64,000 bases of DNA. Origin: Octopus sinensis (lineage: Eukaryota). Positions 44,187-58,516 of this stretch are shown here, piece after piece (positions within the stretch are counted from its first letter, which is position 1; every line of letters begins with the position of its first letter). The stretch is taken from the NCBI RefSeq assembly GCF_006345805.1, contig NC_043023.1, positions 12,648,001-12,712,000 on the forward strand, read 5' to 3'. The position numbers and the translations under genes are program-made. The notes beneath the pieces were generated by a model that was not told the DNA's origin, ran no database searches, and saw only the letters and a program-made list of their open reading frames with translations.

Positions 44187-45995
44187 ATGAATAATTCAAC
44201 TAAAGCAAAAATCTCTGATAAAAGAGAGAAGCCATATCACTGTGATATCTGTGGTAAGTCATTCTCTGAAAGTGGTAATTTAAGAAGGCACAGACGTGTT
44301 CATACTGGAGAAAAACCATATCAGTGTGATATCTGTGGTAAATCATTTTCTCAAAATAGCACTTTAACTCATCACAAATTTATTCAAACTGGGGAAAAGC
44401 CGCATCAGTGTGATATCTGTGGTAAATCATTTTCTCAAAATAGCACTTTAACTCAGCACAAATTTATTCATACTGGGGAAAAGCCGCATCAGTGTGATAT
44501 CTGTGGTAAATCATTTTCTCAAAATAGCACTTTAACTCATCACAAATTTATTCATACTGGGGAAAAGCCGCATCAGTGTGATATCTGTAGTAAATCATTT
44601 TCTCAAAATAGCAATTTAACTCATCACAAATTTATTCATACTGGGGAAAAGCCGCATAAGTGTGATACCTGTAGTAAATCATTTTCTCAAAAAATTGAAT
44701 TGACTGTCCATAAACGTATTCATACTGGTGAAAAACCATATCAGTGTGATATCTGTTGTAAATCATTTTCTCAAAGTGCTGCCTTAGCTACACACAAACG
44801 TACTCATACAGGAGAGAAACCATATCAGTGTGATATCTGTGGTAAATCATTTTCTCGAAGTGCTGACTTACCTAAACACAAACGTACTCATACAGGAGAG
44901 AAACCATATCAGTGTGATATCTGTGGTAAATCATTTTCTACAAGTAGCTCTTTAACTCCTCACAAAGTTATTCATACTGGGGAAAAGCCGCATCAGTGTG
45001 ATATCTGTGGTAAATCATTTTCTCAAAGTGCTGACTTACCTAAACACAAATGTACTCATACAGGAGAGAAACCATATCAGTGTGATATCTGTGGTAAATC
45101 ATTTACTAGAAATAGTACTTTGACTAGTCATATACGTATTCATACTGGGGAAAAACCATATCAGTGTGATATCTGTGGCAAATCCTTTTCTGAGCCTTCT
45201 TCTTTTAAAAGGCACAAACGTATTCATACAGGTGAGCAGCCATATCATTGCGATATCTGTGGCGTATCATTCTCTGAAAATAGCCATTTAACCAGACACC
45301 TACGTATTCATACTGGGGAAAAACCATATCAATGTGATATCTGTGGTAAGTCATTTTCTGGTAATAGCAAATTAATCAGTCACAGACGTATTCATACTGG
45401 GGAAAAACCATATCAATGTGATATCTGTGGTGCATCATTCTCTGAAAATAGCCCTTTAACCAGACACCTACGTATTCATACAGGAGAGAAGCCATATTGT
45501 TGTAATATCTGTGGTAAATCATTCTCTCACAGTAGTTACTTGCCTAAACATAAACGTATTCATACAGGAGAGAAGCCATATTGTTGTAATATCTGTGGTA
45601 AATCATTTTCTCAGCCCTCTACATTAAAAGGGCACAAACGTATTCATACGGGTGAGAAGCCATATCAGTGTGATATCTGTGGTAAATCATTTTCTTACAG
45701 TAGTAACTTACCTAAACACAAACGTATACACACTGGAGAAAAACAATATCACTGTGATATCTGTGGTAAGACATTTTCTGATAATAGCAATTTAATCAGT
45801 CACAAACATATTCATACAGGTGAAAAACCATATCATTGTGAAATCTGTGGTAAATCATTCTCTCACACTAGTGACTTGCCTAAACATAAACGTATTCATA
45901 CTGGGGAAAAACCATATCATTGTGATATTTGTGGTGAGTCATTCTCTCAAAAAGGCCACTTACGTACACATCTGAGTATTCATACACAGGTGTAA
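44187..45995 (+). CDS. Intact C2H2 zinc-finger protein (ZF6), 602 aa, 21 fingers
   Basis: Uninterrupted ORF: 14-aa leader plus 21 x 28-aa repeats. Finger 2 ends in Q (FIQT) instead of the second His. Confidence 0.9.
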   Translation: MNNSTKAKISDKREKPYHCDICGKSFSESGNLRRHRRVHTGEKPYQCDICGKSFSQNSTLTHHKFIQTGEKPHQCDICGKSFSQNSTLTQHKFIHTGEKPHQCDICGKSFSQNSTLTHHKFIHTGEKPHQCDICSKSFSQNSNLTHHKFIHTGEKPHKCDTCSKSFSQKIELTVHKRIHTGEKPYQCDICCKSFSQSAALATHKRTHTGEKPYQCDICGKSFSRSADLPKHKRTHTGEKPYQCDICGKSFSTSSSLTPHKVIHTGEKPHQCDICGKSFSQSADLPKHKCTHTGEKPYQCDICGKSFTRNSTLTSHIRIHTGEKPYQCDICGKSFSEPSSFKRHKRIHTGEQPYHCDICGVSFSENSHLTRHLRIHTGEKPYQCDICGKSFSGNSKLISHRRIHTGEKPYQCDICGASFSENSPLTRHLRIHTGEKPYCCNICGKSFSHSSYLPKHKRIHTGEKPYCCNICGKSFSQPSTLKGHKRIHTGEKPYQCDICGKSFSYSSNLPKHKRIHTGEKQYHCDICGKTFSDNSNLISHKHIHTGEKPYHCEICGKSFSHTSDLPKHKRIHTGEKPYHCDICGESFSQKGHLRTHLSIHTQV

Positions 45996-48900
45996 TCGTA
46001 TCAATATCAAAATTTATTACAACCCGGCAGGACAAGTGAGACCATAACCCATGGCCTCTACCTAGAATGTAGCCAGTCCACTTATGCATACCTTTCCTTC
46101 TTGGGACACAAAACTCTACTTGTGAATTCCTGTTGAGGGAAGGGAGAATCAGAATCAAAATCGAAATAAATCAACATTAATGGAAATTGTAGCTGTGATA
46201 CCAGTGCTGGTGGCACGTAAAAAGCAACATTCGAACGTGGCCGTTGCCAGCACCGTCCCAACTGGCTTCCGGGCCGGTGGCACGTAAGAAGCACCGACCG
46301 ATCGTGGCCGCTGCGAGCCTCTCCTGGCCCTTGTGCCTGTGGCACGTAAAAAGCATCCACTACATTCACAGAGTGGTTGGCGTTTAGGAAGGGCATCCAG
46401 CTGTAGAAACACTGCCAGATCAGACTGCAACCTGGTGCAGCCTCCTGGCTTCCCAGACCCCAGTCAACCGTCCAACCCATGCTAGCAGGGAAAACAGATG
46501 TTATACAATGATGATGAGGAGGATTCTCTATTGTTTCCTGTGACAGACAGCTGTTCTTTTGTGTACTGGACATTTTCAATGTTTTGTTATTAAACATTTT
46601 GTAAAAATAAAATTCTTTGTGCATGCTTATTCTCTCTTTCTCTTTCTCTTTTACTTGTTTCAGTCGTTTGACTGTGGCCATGCTGGAGCGCCGCCTTTAA
46701 TGCAGCATCTCGAACCCGGGACTTATTCTTTTGTAAGGCGAGTACTTATTCTATCGGTCTCTTTTGCCGAACTGCTAAGTGACGGGGACATAGACACACC
46801 AGCATCGATTGTCAAGCAATGCTAGGGGGACAAACACAGACACATGCATATATATACATCTATACGACAGGCTTCTTTCAGTTTCCGTCCATCAAATCCA
46901 CTCACAAGGCTTTTGTCGGCCTGAGGCTATAGTAGAAGATAGTTACCCAATGTGACACGCAGTGGGACTGAACCTGAAAACATGTGTTTGGTAAGCAAGC
47001 TACTTACCACACAGCCACTCCTGCGCCTATATCTATATTGTGATTACATTTTCTTTTGAATTGTCATATTTTGTGCCACAGTTTCTGGATAATCGGTAGC
47101 CATCTTACTTCTGGTGTCACTACAATCATTCTATTTTCATGCTCCACACTCAAGGGAGAGCCTTGTAGTGACGCCTGGTCCCAGACGCCATTTTAGGATT
47201 TTCATCCACGCATGCCCATGGGTAAGAGCCTGCCGGAAGCCCCTTATGCACATGTGCAGTCATCAGCATCCGCTAGGCTTGACCGCTGTCCTCTCTCTCT
47301 CTTCGCCCCTGCTTCCAACCAAGCCGGACGCAACTTGACCAGCTCAGTGTGGCTGGAGTTCTGAAGGCTATCCATGACTTCCGCGAATCTGTGAAGTATG
47401 CCTTCACAATCGTGATTAAACTGTCTCTGCTGTTTCCGCACCAAGGCGACCTAGCTACTGATTGTCCAGAGATGTAACGCTTGTACAGACAGAAAAATAA
47501 ATATTGTTATTTGTTCAGAGATCCTTGTTCTATTGATTTTTTAATGGCTTTGCGGGGTGACTGGGGAAATGTAAAGATGTGCACGACCACCCTTGGACGG
47601 TTTTGAATGACCATAGAAAGTGCAAGACCTCTAACTGAAAAATTGTGGATTTGTATAAAGGAGAGGCACACACAGACAGACATTTGGCCATTTATATATA
47701 GAGAGATGTTGATGTAATTCAGCCTAAGGAGACATCTACAGCTGGCTACACGACATGATCTGTTTATATTCGCGAGTGCCCATTCTCCATATTTTATTTG
47801 TTAGTATACAATACTTTTAAAAATGGAAGACTTAGCAAGACCAGTGAGAACAGTCAAAATCAAAATCAAAGCAAATCAATTCATATATCAGAAAGCAGAA
47901 CCAAATTGAGGTCGATCAACATCAGTGGGAATTGCAGCTGTGGTTAAGCGAACCATCTGATCGTGGTCGTTTCCGGCCCCGCCACGTCTAGCCTCCGTGT
48001 CGGTGACACGTAAAAGCACCATCCGTTCGTGGCCGTTTGCCAGCTCTGTCTGGCCCCCGTGTCGTTAACACATAAAAGCACCATCCGTTTGTGGCTGTTT
48101 GCCAGCTCTGTCTGGCCACCGTGTTGGTGGCACGTAAAAGCACCATCCGTTCATGACCGTCTGCCAGCTCTTTCTGGCACCTGTGCGGGTGGCACGTAAA
48201 AAGCACCCACTACACTCATGGAGTGGTTGGCGTTAGGAAGGGCATCCAGCCATAGAAACACTGCCAGATCTGAATGGGCTTGATGAAGCCTTCTAGCTTC
48301 ACAGACCCCAGTTGAACCGTCCAACACATGCTAGCATGGAAAGCGGACGCTAAATGATGATGATGATGATGAATCTTGCTAATTTTCTGCAGATTTAAGA
48401 ATTATCTTTTAAATCTGTAGGTGAAAAGGTAAAAATCCCAGCGTTTCTCTATTTCCTTTCGTAATTGTGCATTATGTTGGGAGCGGGGCCATCTTTTCCC
48501 TCCCCGTTGTCATTGGAAGAATTAATCAACCTTCGAATATCGAACACACGACACTACATTCCATCCACTGACGGTTCTCTCAAAGTAGCAACTTAATTAT
48601 ACCTGAGAGAAAATAGATCACTGTGATCATCATCATCATCATCGTTTAGCGTCCGATTTCCATTCTAGCATGGGTTGCACGATCTGATTGAGGACTGGCG
48701 AACCAGGAGGCAGCACCAGGCTCTAATCTGATGTGGCAGAGTTTCTACAGCTGGATGCTCTTCCTAACACCAACCAGCTGTAGAAACTCTACCAGATCAG
48801 ATTGGAGCTTGGTGCAGCCATCTGGTTCGCCAACTGTTCTCTGGAAATAATGGGGATCTTTTCGGGTTGAACGGCAGGTTTTTAAATTTCTAGGTAACTA

Positions 48901-49591
48901 AAAAACTTTAAACTTCATATACAGATAGAATGTATTTATAAAGCATCTTTTTCTTTGGCTTTATTGAGAAAATTCTGTGGTTTGTAAACTATTTGTTGTT
49001 TTTTGTCTTTTATAAAAAAACATTATGTGCCTTATGAATATGTCCCTCGTTTAAGAAATAGATTGGGTTTATTTACATTTTTGAAGAAAAAATAGATACC
49101 TTTCCCCCACCACTAACCCTAACACAGATTGAAATGCAATAGATCGATACTAGGGTCATAATTGCGGGTGACAATTACAAATGACACCGCTAGAAAAAAC
49201 TGCCGGCCAAACAGAAAAGATCCTTTTTTTTTACACAAAGTAAATAATAAGGCGATGCTTCGATATATAAGTACAAACGTGACTTTGTTTACACTTGTGA
49301 AGATAACAGAAAGCCTTTTCTCCCCCACCCCTAACCCAAACACGTGGAAATTATTTTAAAAAACGGCCGTTCAAACCGAAAAGATCCCAAATATCTTACA
49401 AACTATAGAATTTTCTCAATAAAGCCAAGAGAAAAATGTTTTATAAACACATTCTACTAGTATACGAAGTTTAAAAGTGTTTAGTTACGTGGAAATTATT
49501 TTTAAAAACTGCCGGTCAAACCGAAAAGATCCCCAAAAGGTATCCAAGCATTGTTCTTTAGTTGAGAGAGAAGTGTGAAGGAAGGACAATG

Positions 49592-49667
49592 ATTGGACAG
49601 GAGAGAAAATGACGTCAGAAACGGATCGGAAGTGCAACGGCCTGACGTCACATCAGGAAGATATAAG
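49592..49667 (+). promoter_or_regulatory. Promoter copy upstream of ZF7
   Basis: ATTGG 49592, CRE 49610 and 49643, ETS intact. Confidence 0.7.
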
Positions 49668-50982
49668 TCAAAGATGCCTTCTTTCTTTCGGTGTCTGCGA
49701 CGGGGTCCAGTTCGTGCGCTGGAAACGGTCGTAGATTAGAATATGTGAGTGTATATATTCTATGTTACCTTGAAGGTAAAATCGTTGACAGAATGGGACA
49801 AAGAAGACACCGGAACGAAACGAACCAGTCATAGAAAATTGAAGAACTATAACCATATGAAGGGATATAACTTTCCTTAATTAATTTATTAAGGTGCTTA
49901 ATTAACGATCACTGACTCGTTGTTTGTATTTGAATACGGTAAGTTGACAAATATTTATTTTAAGGCTGTAATGATGATAGTAATGCCAATAATAATAAGG
50001 TACTACTAGGGAACAGTGGTCCCGGTGCGCGCACTCGCGTATCCTCGCTTGCTAGTCGTAAGTAGTCGATCCTACAATCTTTAAAACTAAGTAAATACAT
50101 TATTTTTGTAAACAAACTGAGGTTTGGGTTAAAAAGTCGTAGGATCGACTACATACGACTATCTTGCACGGATGCGCGAGTGCGCGCACCGTGACCACTG
50201 TTCGCTAATAGTACCGCGCACCTCTCCAAGATAATGACGCTTACTTGTGAGAAAAAGTTAGGAAATGGGATATATATCCAGAATGCATAAAGTATGGAGA
50301 AAATTAGAAAGATTAATCTATTTTTTAACTATTTTATACTAAAAAATAAAATACGGAGAACGGGCACTCGCGAATATAAACAAACATATAAGGGTACTAT
50401 TTAAGAAGAGAGGTCCCGCTCGGCGCGCTAGCTAGTCGTGACTAGTCGATCCTTACTTTGTATTTTTGTTTTATTTACTTTGTTTTAAAAAAATTATTTA
50501 CTTTGTTTAAAAAAATGAGCGTAACTTCGGTATAGGTACCGGAAGTACCAGATACATTTCAAGAAAGTGTCTTTTTTATATATATATGGGGGGGGGGTTA
50601 AGGTTTGTGTTAGGGGTGGGAGAAAAGGGTTTCTGTTATCTTCAGAAATGTAAACAAAGCCACTCACGGTACCTATACCGAAGGATCACAAAAAAATTAT
50701 TTACTTTGTGTAAAAAAAAATTATTTATTTTGTGTTTTATTTACTTTGCTGGGTAGTCGTTGTAGGATCGACTAGTCACGACTAACTATCGCGAGTGTGC
50801 GCACCGGGACCGCTCTTTTTAAATAGTACCGGAGAAAATTAGAACGATTAATCTATTTTTTTAACTATTTTACACTAAAAAATAAAATACGCAGAACGGG
50901 CACTCGCGAATATAAACAAACATGTATGTACGTATACGTATGTATTTATGCATATATATGTATTATTATATATACATATATG

Positions 50983-51029
<47 letters not shown>

Positions 51030-52135
51030 ATACAAATATATTTGTAGTGAATCGTAAAGTAGATTGGATCCATCCTTGCCAAAATTTTAATTAACCCTTC
51101 ACCAAAATTTTTCCCACGGCAGAACAATAGGGAAATCTCTATACAGAATGTTGTAAAAGTTTCAATGCCTCAATGGATTCTGACCCCTGCAAACATAGAC
51201 ATTAAATGGATGACAGTGTTGATGTTGTAAGATTTGCAATGTTGAATTACTATGTCGTTTAATGATTCTCTTTATCTCACTGCTTCTTTTTTTTTCTATT
51301 TCAGAATATAACATCCTGTTGATATGAAAGAAATTACTTCATTCAGATGTGCCTCTGATATTTTATCAGCTCCCATCAACCAAAGGAAGATGATATATTT
51401 ATAAGGAGCATTCATCAATACATCAAACTCATCTTATAAAGGAAATCTGTGAAAAACAACAGCAAAATATTTCTTCTGGACGATGGAATTAACAGCAACA
51501 ATTTGAAGTCTTTGCTGTCTGGAATATAGAGGAGATGATTGTTTTACAGGTTAATTAAGCTTGGATGACTTTACAAAGGGGTTGACAATTGTCACCTCTT
51601 GATTTAGATATTAAGCAAAATCACAGATGAAAGAAGCATAGCATTGAATTATTCTCTGAAAATAGCAACACAAATATATTCATAGAAATTAATTTTTTTC
51701 CCATATCAGAATATCATACCATGTTGATTCAAAAGAAATTTCTTCATTCAGATGTGTGTCTGATATTTTGATTGACTTTCATCAATTAAAGGAAGACCAT
51801 ATATTCATAAGGCACATTCATCAATACATCAGCTTCTTTATATAAATAAAATCTTCGCCGAACGATGGGGAAATATTTCTTCTGGATGATGGAATTAAGA
51901 GCAACTTTTTTTTTGCCATCTGGAATGTAGAGATGATGATGACCCTACAGGTTAAGTTTGAGTAACTTTACAAAAGAGTTAACCAATTTATATCTTCTGT
52001 TTTAGATATTAAGCAAGATCACCAATGAAAGTAACATATCATGTAATTATTCTCTGATGCATTTGAACGCAAACATTCATAGAAATGACACAGTTACTAT
52101 CACTGTGATATGTATAACGAAATTATTCTCTCATA

Positions 52136-53276
<1,141 letters not shown>

Positions 53277-55299
53277 TAATGTTGTGATATTTGTGGTGAG
53301 TCATTCTCTCAAAAACGCCAATTAAGTACACATCTGAGTATTCATACACAGGTGTAATCGTATCAATATCAAAATTTATTACAACCCGGCAGGACAAGTG
53401 AGACCACAACCCATGGCCTCTACCTGGGATGTAGCCAGTCCACTTATGCATACCTTATCTTCTTGTGACACAAAACTCTACTTGTGAAGACCTTTTGAGG
53501 CAAGTGAGAATCAGAATCAAAATCAAAATCAACCAACATCAATGGAAATTGCAGCTGTGATACCAATGCTGGTGGCATGTAAAAAGCACCATCCGATCGT
53601 GGTCGTTGCCAGACTCGCCTGGCCCCCGTGCGGCTGGCACGTAAAACGCACCATCCGATTGTGGCCGTTGCCAGCCCCGTCTGGCACCTGTAATGGTGGC
53701 ATGTAAAAAGCACTCACTACACTCACGGAGTGGTTGGCGTTAGGAAGGGCATCCAGCCGTAGAAACATTGCCAGATCAGACTGGGCCAGGTGCAGCCTTG
53801 TGGCTTCCCAGACCCCGGTCGAACCATCCAACCCATGCTAGCATGGAAAGCGGACGCTAAATGATGATGATGACAAGAATTATGAATATTTTGTCTGCTA
53901 AAAGACAGGGTTTATTCCTCTTCAAGCTTGACATTATCAACTTCAGGTTCTTGGATGTCAACATGAAATTCATGAATCACAACTTCAATATCATTTATAT
54001 ATCTAAATATATCAACACAGAGATGACTTTGGTTTCTGGAGAGGATTGTGCTGGATTTTTGAGGAATTTGTTATGAGAGAATAAAGGAATGGGAATAAGG
54101 AATAAAAGTTTTAAGTGACATTGATTTTGTCTTTGTTGTGTTTTCATCATCATCATCCTCATCCTTCTTCTTCTTGTTCTCCGCCTCATCCTCCTTCTTT
54201 TTCTTTTTCTTCTCCCCCTCTTTCTTCTCCTCCTTCTCCGTCTTCTTCATCTTCTCCTTTTTCTTCTTCTTCTTCTCCTTCTTCTTTTTCTTCTTCTTCA
54301 GTGTTCATTTCCTTTGCATGCCTGGGTGTGAAATTGTGACCTGAGCTGGCAAGCCAGAGTGCTGCTCCAAGTTCCACTCAGATTTTGCTTGCTTTCTTAG
54401 GCTGTATCCCCTTAAGACGTCCATTGAGGTGAAAAACATTCTGTGCATAATGAATATGTCCCTCGTTTAAGAAACAGATTGGGTTTATTTACATTTGTGG
54501 AGAAAAAAAGATAGCCTTCCCTCCACCCCTAAACCTAAAACAGATTTAGATGCAATAGATCGATACTAGGGTCATAATTATGGGTGACAATTTCATATGA
54601 CACTGCAAGAAAAAACTGCCGTTCAAACCGAAAAGATCCGAATGTGTGAGTACACTTTATTGAAAGAATCTTGTAAAAGTTTGAAAACCCTTGAAAGTGA
54701 AGTTCTTGACAGAAAGGGACAAAGAGGAAACTGCAACGAATCCCACCAGTCAGTAGAGCCACCTATTGGAGAACTGAAGGAAGACAATCATATAAAGGGA
54801 AATAACTTCTACTACACTTCAACCACGGTCCAAGTAGATTCTTAATTAAGGAGCTTAATTACTGATTCACTGACTCGTTGCTTATTTGTGAATACGGTAA
54901 GTTGATAAAGATTTACTTTAAGGCTGTAAAGGTGATAATACTACTACTAATAATAATAATGTAAATAATAGAATTCTGTGAACCTCTCGATGTTACAGTA
55001 ATTATTTTTCGAGGCGGGAACCTGACAACAATTAAGAAAATATATTTGCTCGTCTTAATTAATAACTTCCAAACTGGAATGTTGATCCGTTGTTTATGAA
55101 AACCTATGATTGACTGTTCCATGTGATATAAGGTAAATTGACATCTAAAGTGAGTGTAATGTAGCATAATTAATTAGTAAAATGAGGGGAAACCGATTGA
55201 AGAATACCACATTAATTAAAGTTGCCCTGTTGCTTAAGAGGCACTAATTAATTGGTGAGTTGATAATGACTTACTTTAAGGTTATATTAAGAATAGTAA

Positions 55300-55620
55300 C
55301 GATGATGATGGTTTCAAATTTTGGATGTGGGCCAGCAATCTTTCATGTGAGCGGGAAGTTGAATACATAGAACCCAGTATTTCCTGAAAGGGTTGAAAGA
55401 CAAAGTCGACCTCGGCCGTATTTGAAGTCAGGAGTTTCTGCCAAGGATGGCTTCGATGTTCATTCGTTTCGGGGTCGATGAATAATGATAATAATAATAA
55501 TAAAATGTTTTCTACACTAGGCATAGGCCCGAATTATTGGGGGAAGCGGACAGTGGATTACTGGTACTTAATCCGTCGACGCTGAAGGGATTAAAGGCAA
55601 AGTCAACCTCTATGGAATTC
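55300..55620 (+). mobile_element. Two degenerate SINE-like fragments
   Basis: Two copies of the AAAG(A/G)CAAAGTC(G/A)ACCTC core separated by an (AAT)n tract. This motif is recalled from mollusc SINEs and was not verified. Confidence 0.45.
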
Positions 55621-55809
55621 CTGCTTCGAGAGCAAAGTAGACAGGGATTTTCACTGTGGTTCGTCCGTAAAAATGGAACGTCTGTTTAGTCGAGAGAGGC
55701 GTCTTGGAGAATTAAATGGTCGATGGTAGCCACCCTCACACTGTGTAGCAAAATAAGCAATAGACCGACACGCCCTTGTTCCTGATTATTTTTATGTATA
55801 GCTCAACAA

Positions 55810-56437
55810 GGATCTTTTCCTTTTGATAGCCAGTTTTCAACACAATTTCTAGTTAACTAAACACTTTAAAACTTCGTATACTGGTAGAATGTGTTAAAAT
55901 AAAACATTTTCTTCTCTTGGCTTTCTTGAGAAATTGTAATTTGTAAGTTTAACGTACTTTAATTTTTCGAATTTTAACCAATGAATCACCTCTATCTAGC
56001 TAAAATCATTTGCTGCGTCTAAAACTGAGACAACATCCTATAGAATTATTTTTTTGTTAATTGTTTAAATTATTTTCCATTGCTTTCGTTTTAGCCTTTC
56101 GTTTTTTTTTTATAATTGTTATCCTTAAATTAATTTAACAATTAAGAAAAAAAAACCGAAAGGCTAAAATTTAGGGTGAGGGTTAGGGTTAAGGTTAGTG
56201 ACAGGATGTTGTCTCAGTTTTAGACGCAGCAAATGACTTCAGCTAAATAGAGGGCATAGGATTGGTTAAAATTCGATAAAATTAAACTACTTTAAACTTT
56301 CAAATTACAATTTTCTCAAGAAAGCCAAGAGAAAAAAAATGTTTTATTTTGACACATTCTACCAGTTATACGAAGTTTAAAAGTGTTTAGTTAACTAGAA
56401 ATTGTGTTGAAAACTGCCGTTCAAAAGGAAAAGATCC
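55810..56437. mobile_element. MITE with ~230-bp TIRs, GG termini and an 8-bp TSD (CTCAACAA), Merlin-like
   Basis: GGATCTTTTCCTTTTG...CAAAAGGAAAAGATCC, with CTCAACAA at 55802-55809 and 56438-56445. The right end alone survives at about 33060-33197. Confidence 0.8.
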
Positions 56438-57437
56438 CTCAACAAAGCTATTGACGAACGAAATATTGTGAAGCATTTTGTCTGGCGTGCTAGTGACCCT
56501 GCTAGTAAATAATGGGATTATGTGAACCCTTCAATGTTAACGTAATCATATAGAAGTGAAAACGGATCTTTTCGGTTTGAATGGCTTTTTTTTCTAGTGG
56601 GGCCATATGAAATTGTCACCAATAATTATGACCCAAGTATCGATCTATTGCATTTCAATCTATTTTAGGGTTAGGGTTAGGTTTGGGGGGAAGGGTATAT
56701 TTTTTTCTTCACAAATATAAATAAACCCAATCTGTTTCTTAAACGCACAGAATGTTTTTTACCTCATTAGACGTCAGTGAATGGTTGAAATTGCAGAAAA
56801 AAAACAACAAATATCTTACAAACTATAGAATTTTCTGAATAAAGCCAAGAGAAAAAGATGTTTTATAAACACTTTCACCAGTATACGAAGTTTAAAAGTG
56901 TTTAGTTACGTGGGAATTATTTTAAAAAACTGCCATTCACATCGAAAAGATACTTTTTTTCTTCAGAAATGTAAATAAACACAATCTGTTTCTTAAACGA
57001 GGGACATATTCATACGAGACAGAATGTTTTTTTCACCTCAATAGACGTCATTGATTGGTTGAAATTGCAGAAATTTAAGAAAAGACAACAAATATCTTAC
57101 AAACCGTTGAATTTTCTAAATAAAGCCAAGAGAAAAATGTTTTATAAACACATTCTACCAGTATACGAAGTTTAAAAGTGTTTAGTTACGTGGAAATTAT
57201 TTTAAAAAACGGCCGTTCAAACCGAAAAGATCCCAAATATCTTACAAACTATAGAATTTTCTCAATAAAGCCAAGAGAAAAATGTTTTATAAACACATTC
57301 TACCAGTATACGAAGTTTAAAAGTGTTTAGTTACGTGGAAATTATTTTCAAAAACTGCCGGTCAAACCGAAAAGATCCCCAAAAGGTATCCAAGCATTGT
57401 TCTTTAGTTGAGAGAGAAGTGTGAAGGAAGGACAATG

Positions 57438-57513
57438 ATTGGACAGGAGAGAAAATGACGTCAGAAACGGATCGGAAGTGCAACGGCCTGACGTCACATC
57501 AGGAAGATATAAG
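57438..57513 (+). promoter_or_regulatory. Promoter copy upstream of ZF8
   Basis: ATTGG 57438, CRE 57456 and 57489, ETS intact. Confidence 0.7.
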
Positions 57514-58240
57514 TCAAAGATGCCTTCTTTCTTTCGGTGTCTGCGACGGGGTCCAGTTCGTGCGCTGGAAACGGTCGTAGATTAGAATATGTGAGTGTAT
57601 ATATTCTATATTACCTTGAAGGTAAAATCGTTGACAGAATGGGACAAAGAAGACACCGGAACGAAACGAACCAGTCATAGAAAATTGAAGAACTATAACC
57701 ATATAAAGGGATATAACTTTCCTTAATTAATTAATTAAGGTGCTTAATTAACGATCACTGACTCGTTGTTTGTATCTGAATACGGTAAGTTGACAAATAT
57801 TTATTTTAAGGCTGTAATGATGATGATAATACCAATAATAATAAGGTACTACAAGCGAACAGTGGTCCCGGTGCGAGCACTCGCGTATCCGCGCTGACTA
57901 GTCGTAAGTAGTCGATCCTACAATTTTTAAAACTAAGTAAATACGTTATTTTTGTAAACAAACTAAGGTTAGGGTTAAAAAGTCGTAGGATCGACTACTT
58001 ACGACTAGCTTGCACGGATGCGCGAGTGCGCGCACCTGGACCACTGTTCGCTAGTAGTACCGCGCACCTCTCCAAGATAATGACGCTTACTTGTGAGAAA
58101 AAGTTAGGAAATGGGAAATATATCCAGAATACATAAAGTATGGAGAAAATTAGAAAGATTAATCTATTTTTTAAATATTTTATACTAAAAAATAAAATAC
58201 GGAGAACGGGCACTCGCGAATATAAACAAACATACAAGGG

Positions 58241-58516
58241 TGTAAGAGTTAGCAGTTCCTTCTCTAAGCTTGGATTCGAAATCGAATCCAAGAATCATCG
58301 GTCGTCAAATACCAATGCATGAATCGGCGCGAAATTAAGAATCCCTTTGTTCTGACAAAAACTGATTGATCATCTCCCTTTGACCTCCGACCTGAGCAAT
58401 GTCAGGACAAACGGATTCTTAATTTCGCGCCTATACATGCATTGGTATCTGACGACCGAAGATTCTTGGACTCGATTTTGAATCCAAGCTTAGAGAAGGA
58501 AGTGCTAACTCTTACA
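58241..58516. mobile_element. 276-bp fold-back MITE (paralogous insertion)
   Basis: Same sequence, length and site as 16715-16990. Confidence 0.8.

Noticed and set aside
44187-44240. KRAB, SCAN, BTB or ZAD effector domain on the ZF proteins
   Set aside because: Only a 14-aa leader precedes the first finger, and no such motif is visible in upstream frames. No gene symbol was assigned.
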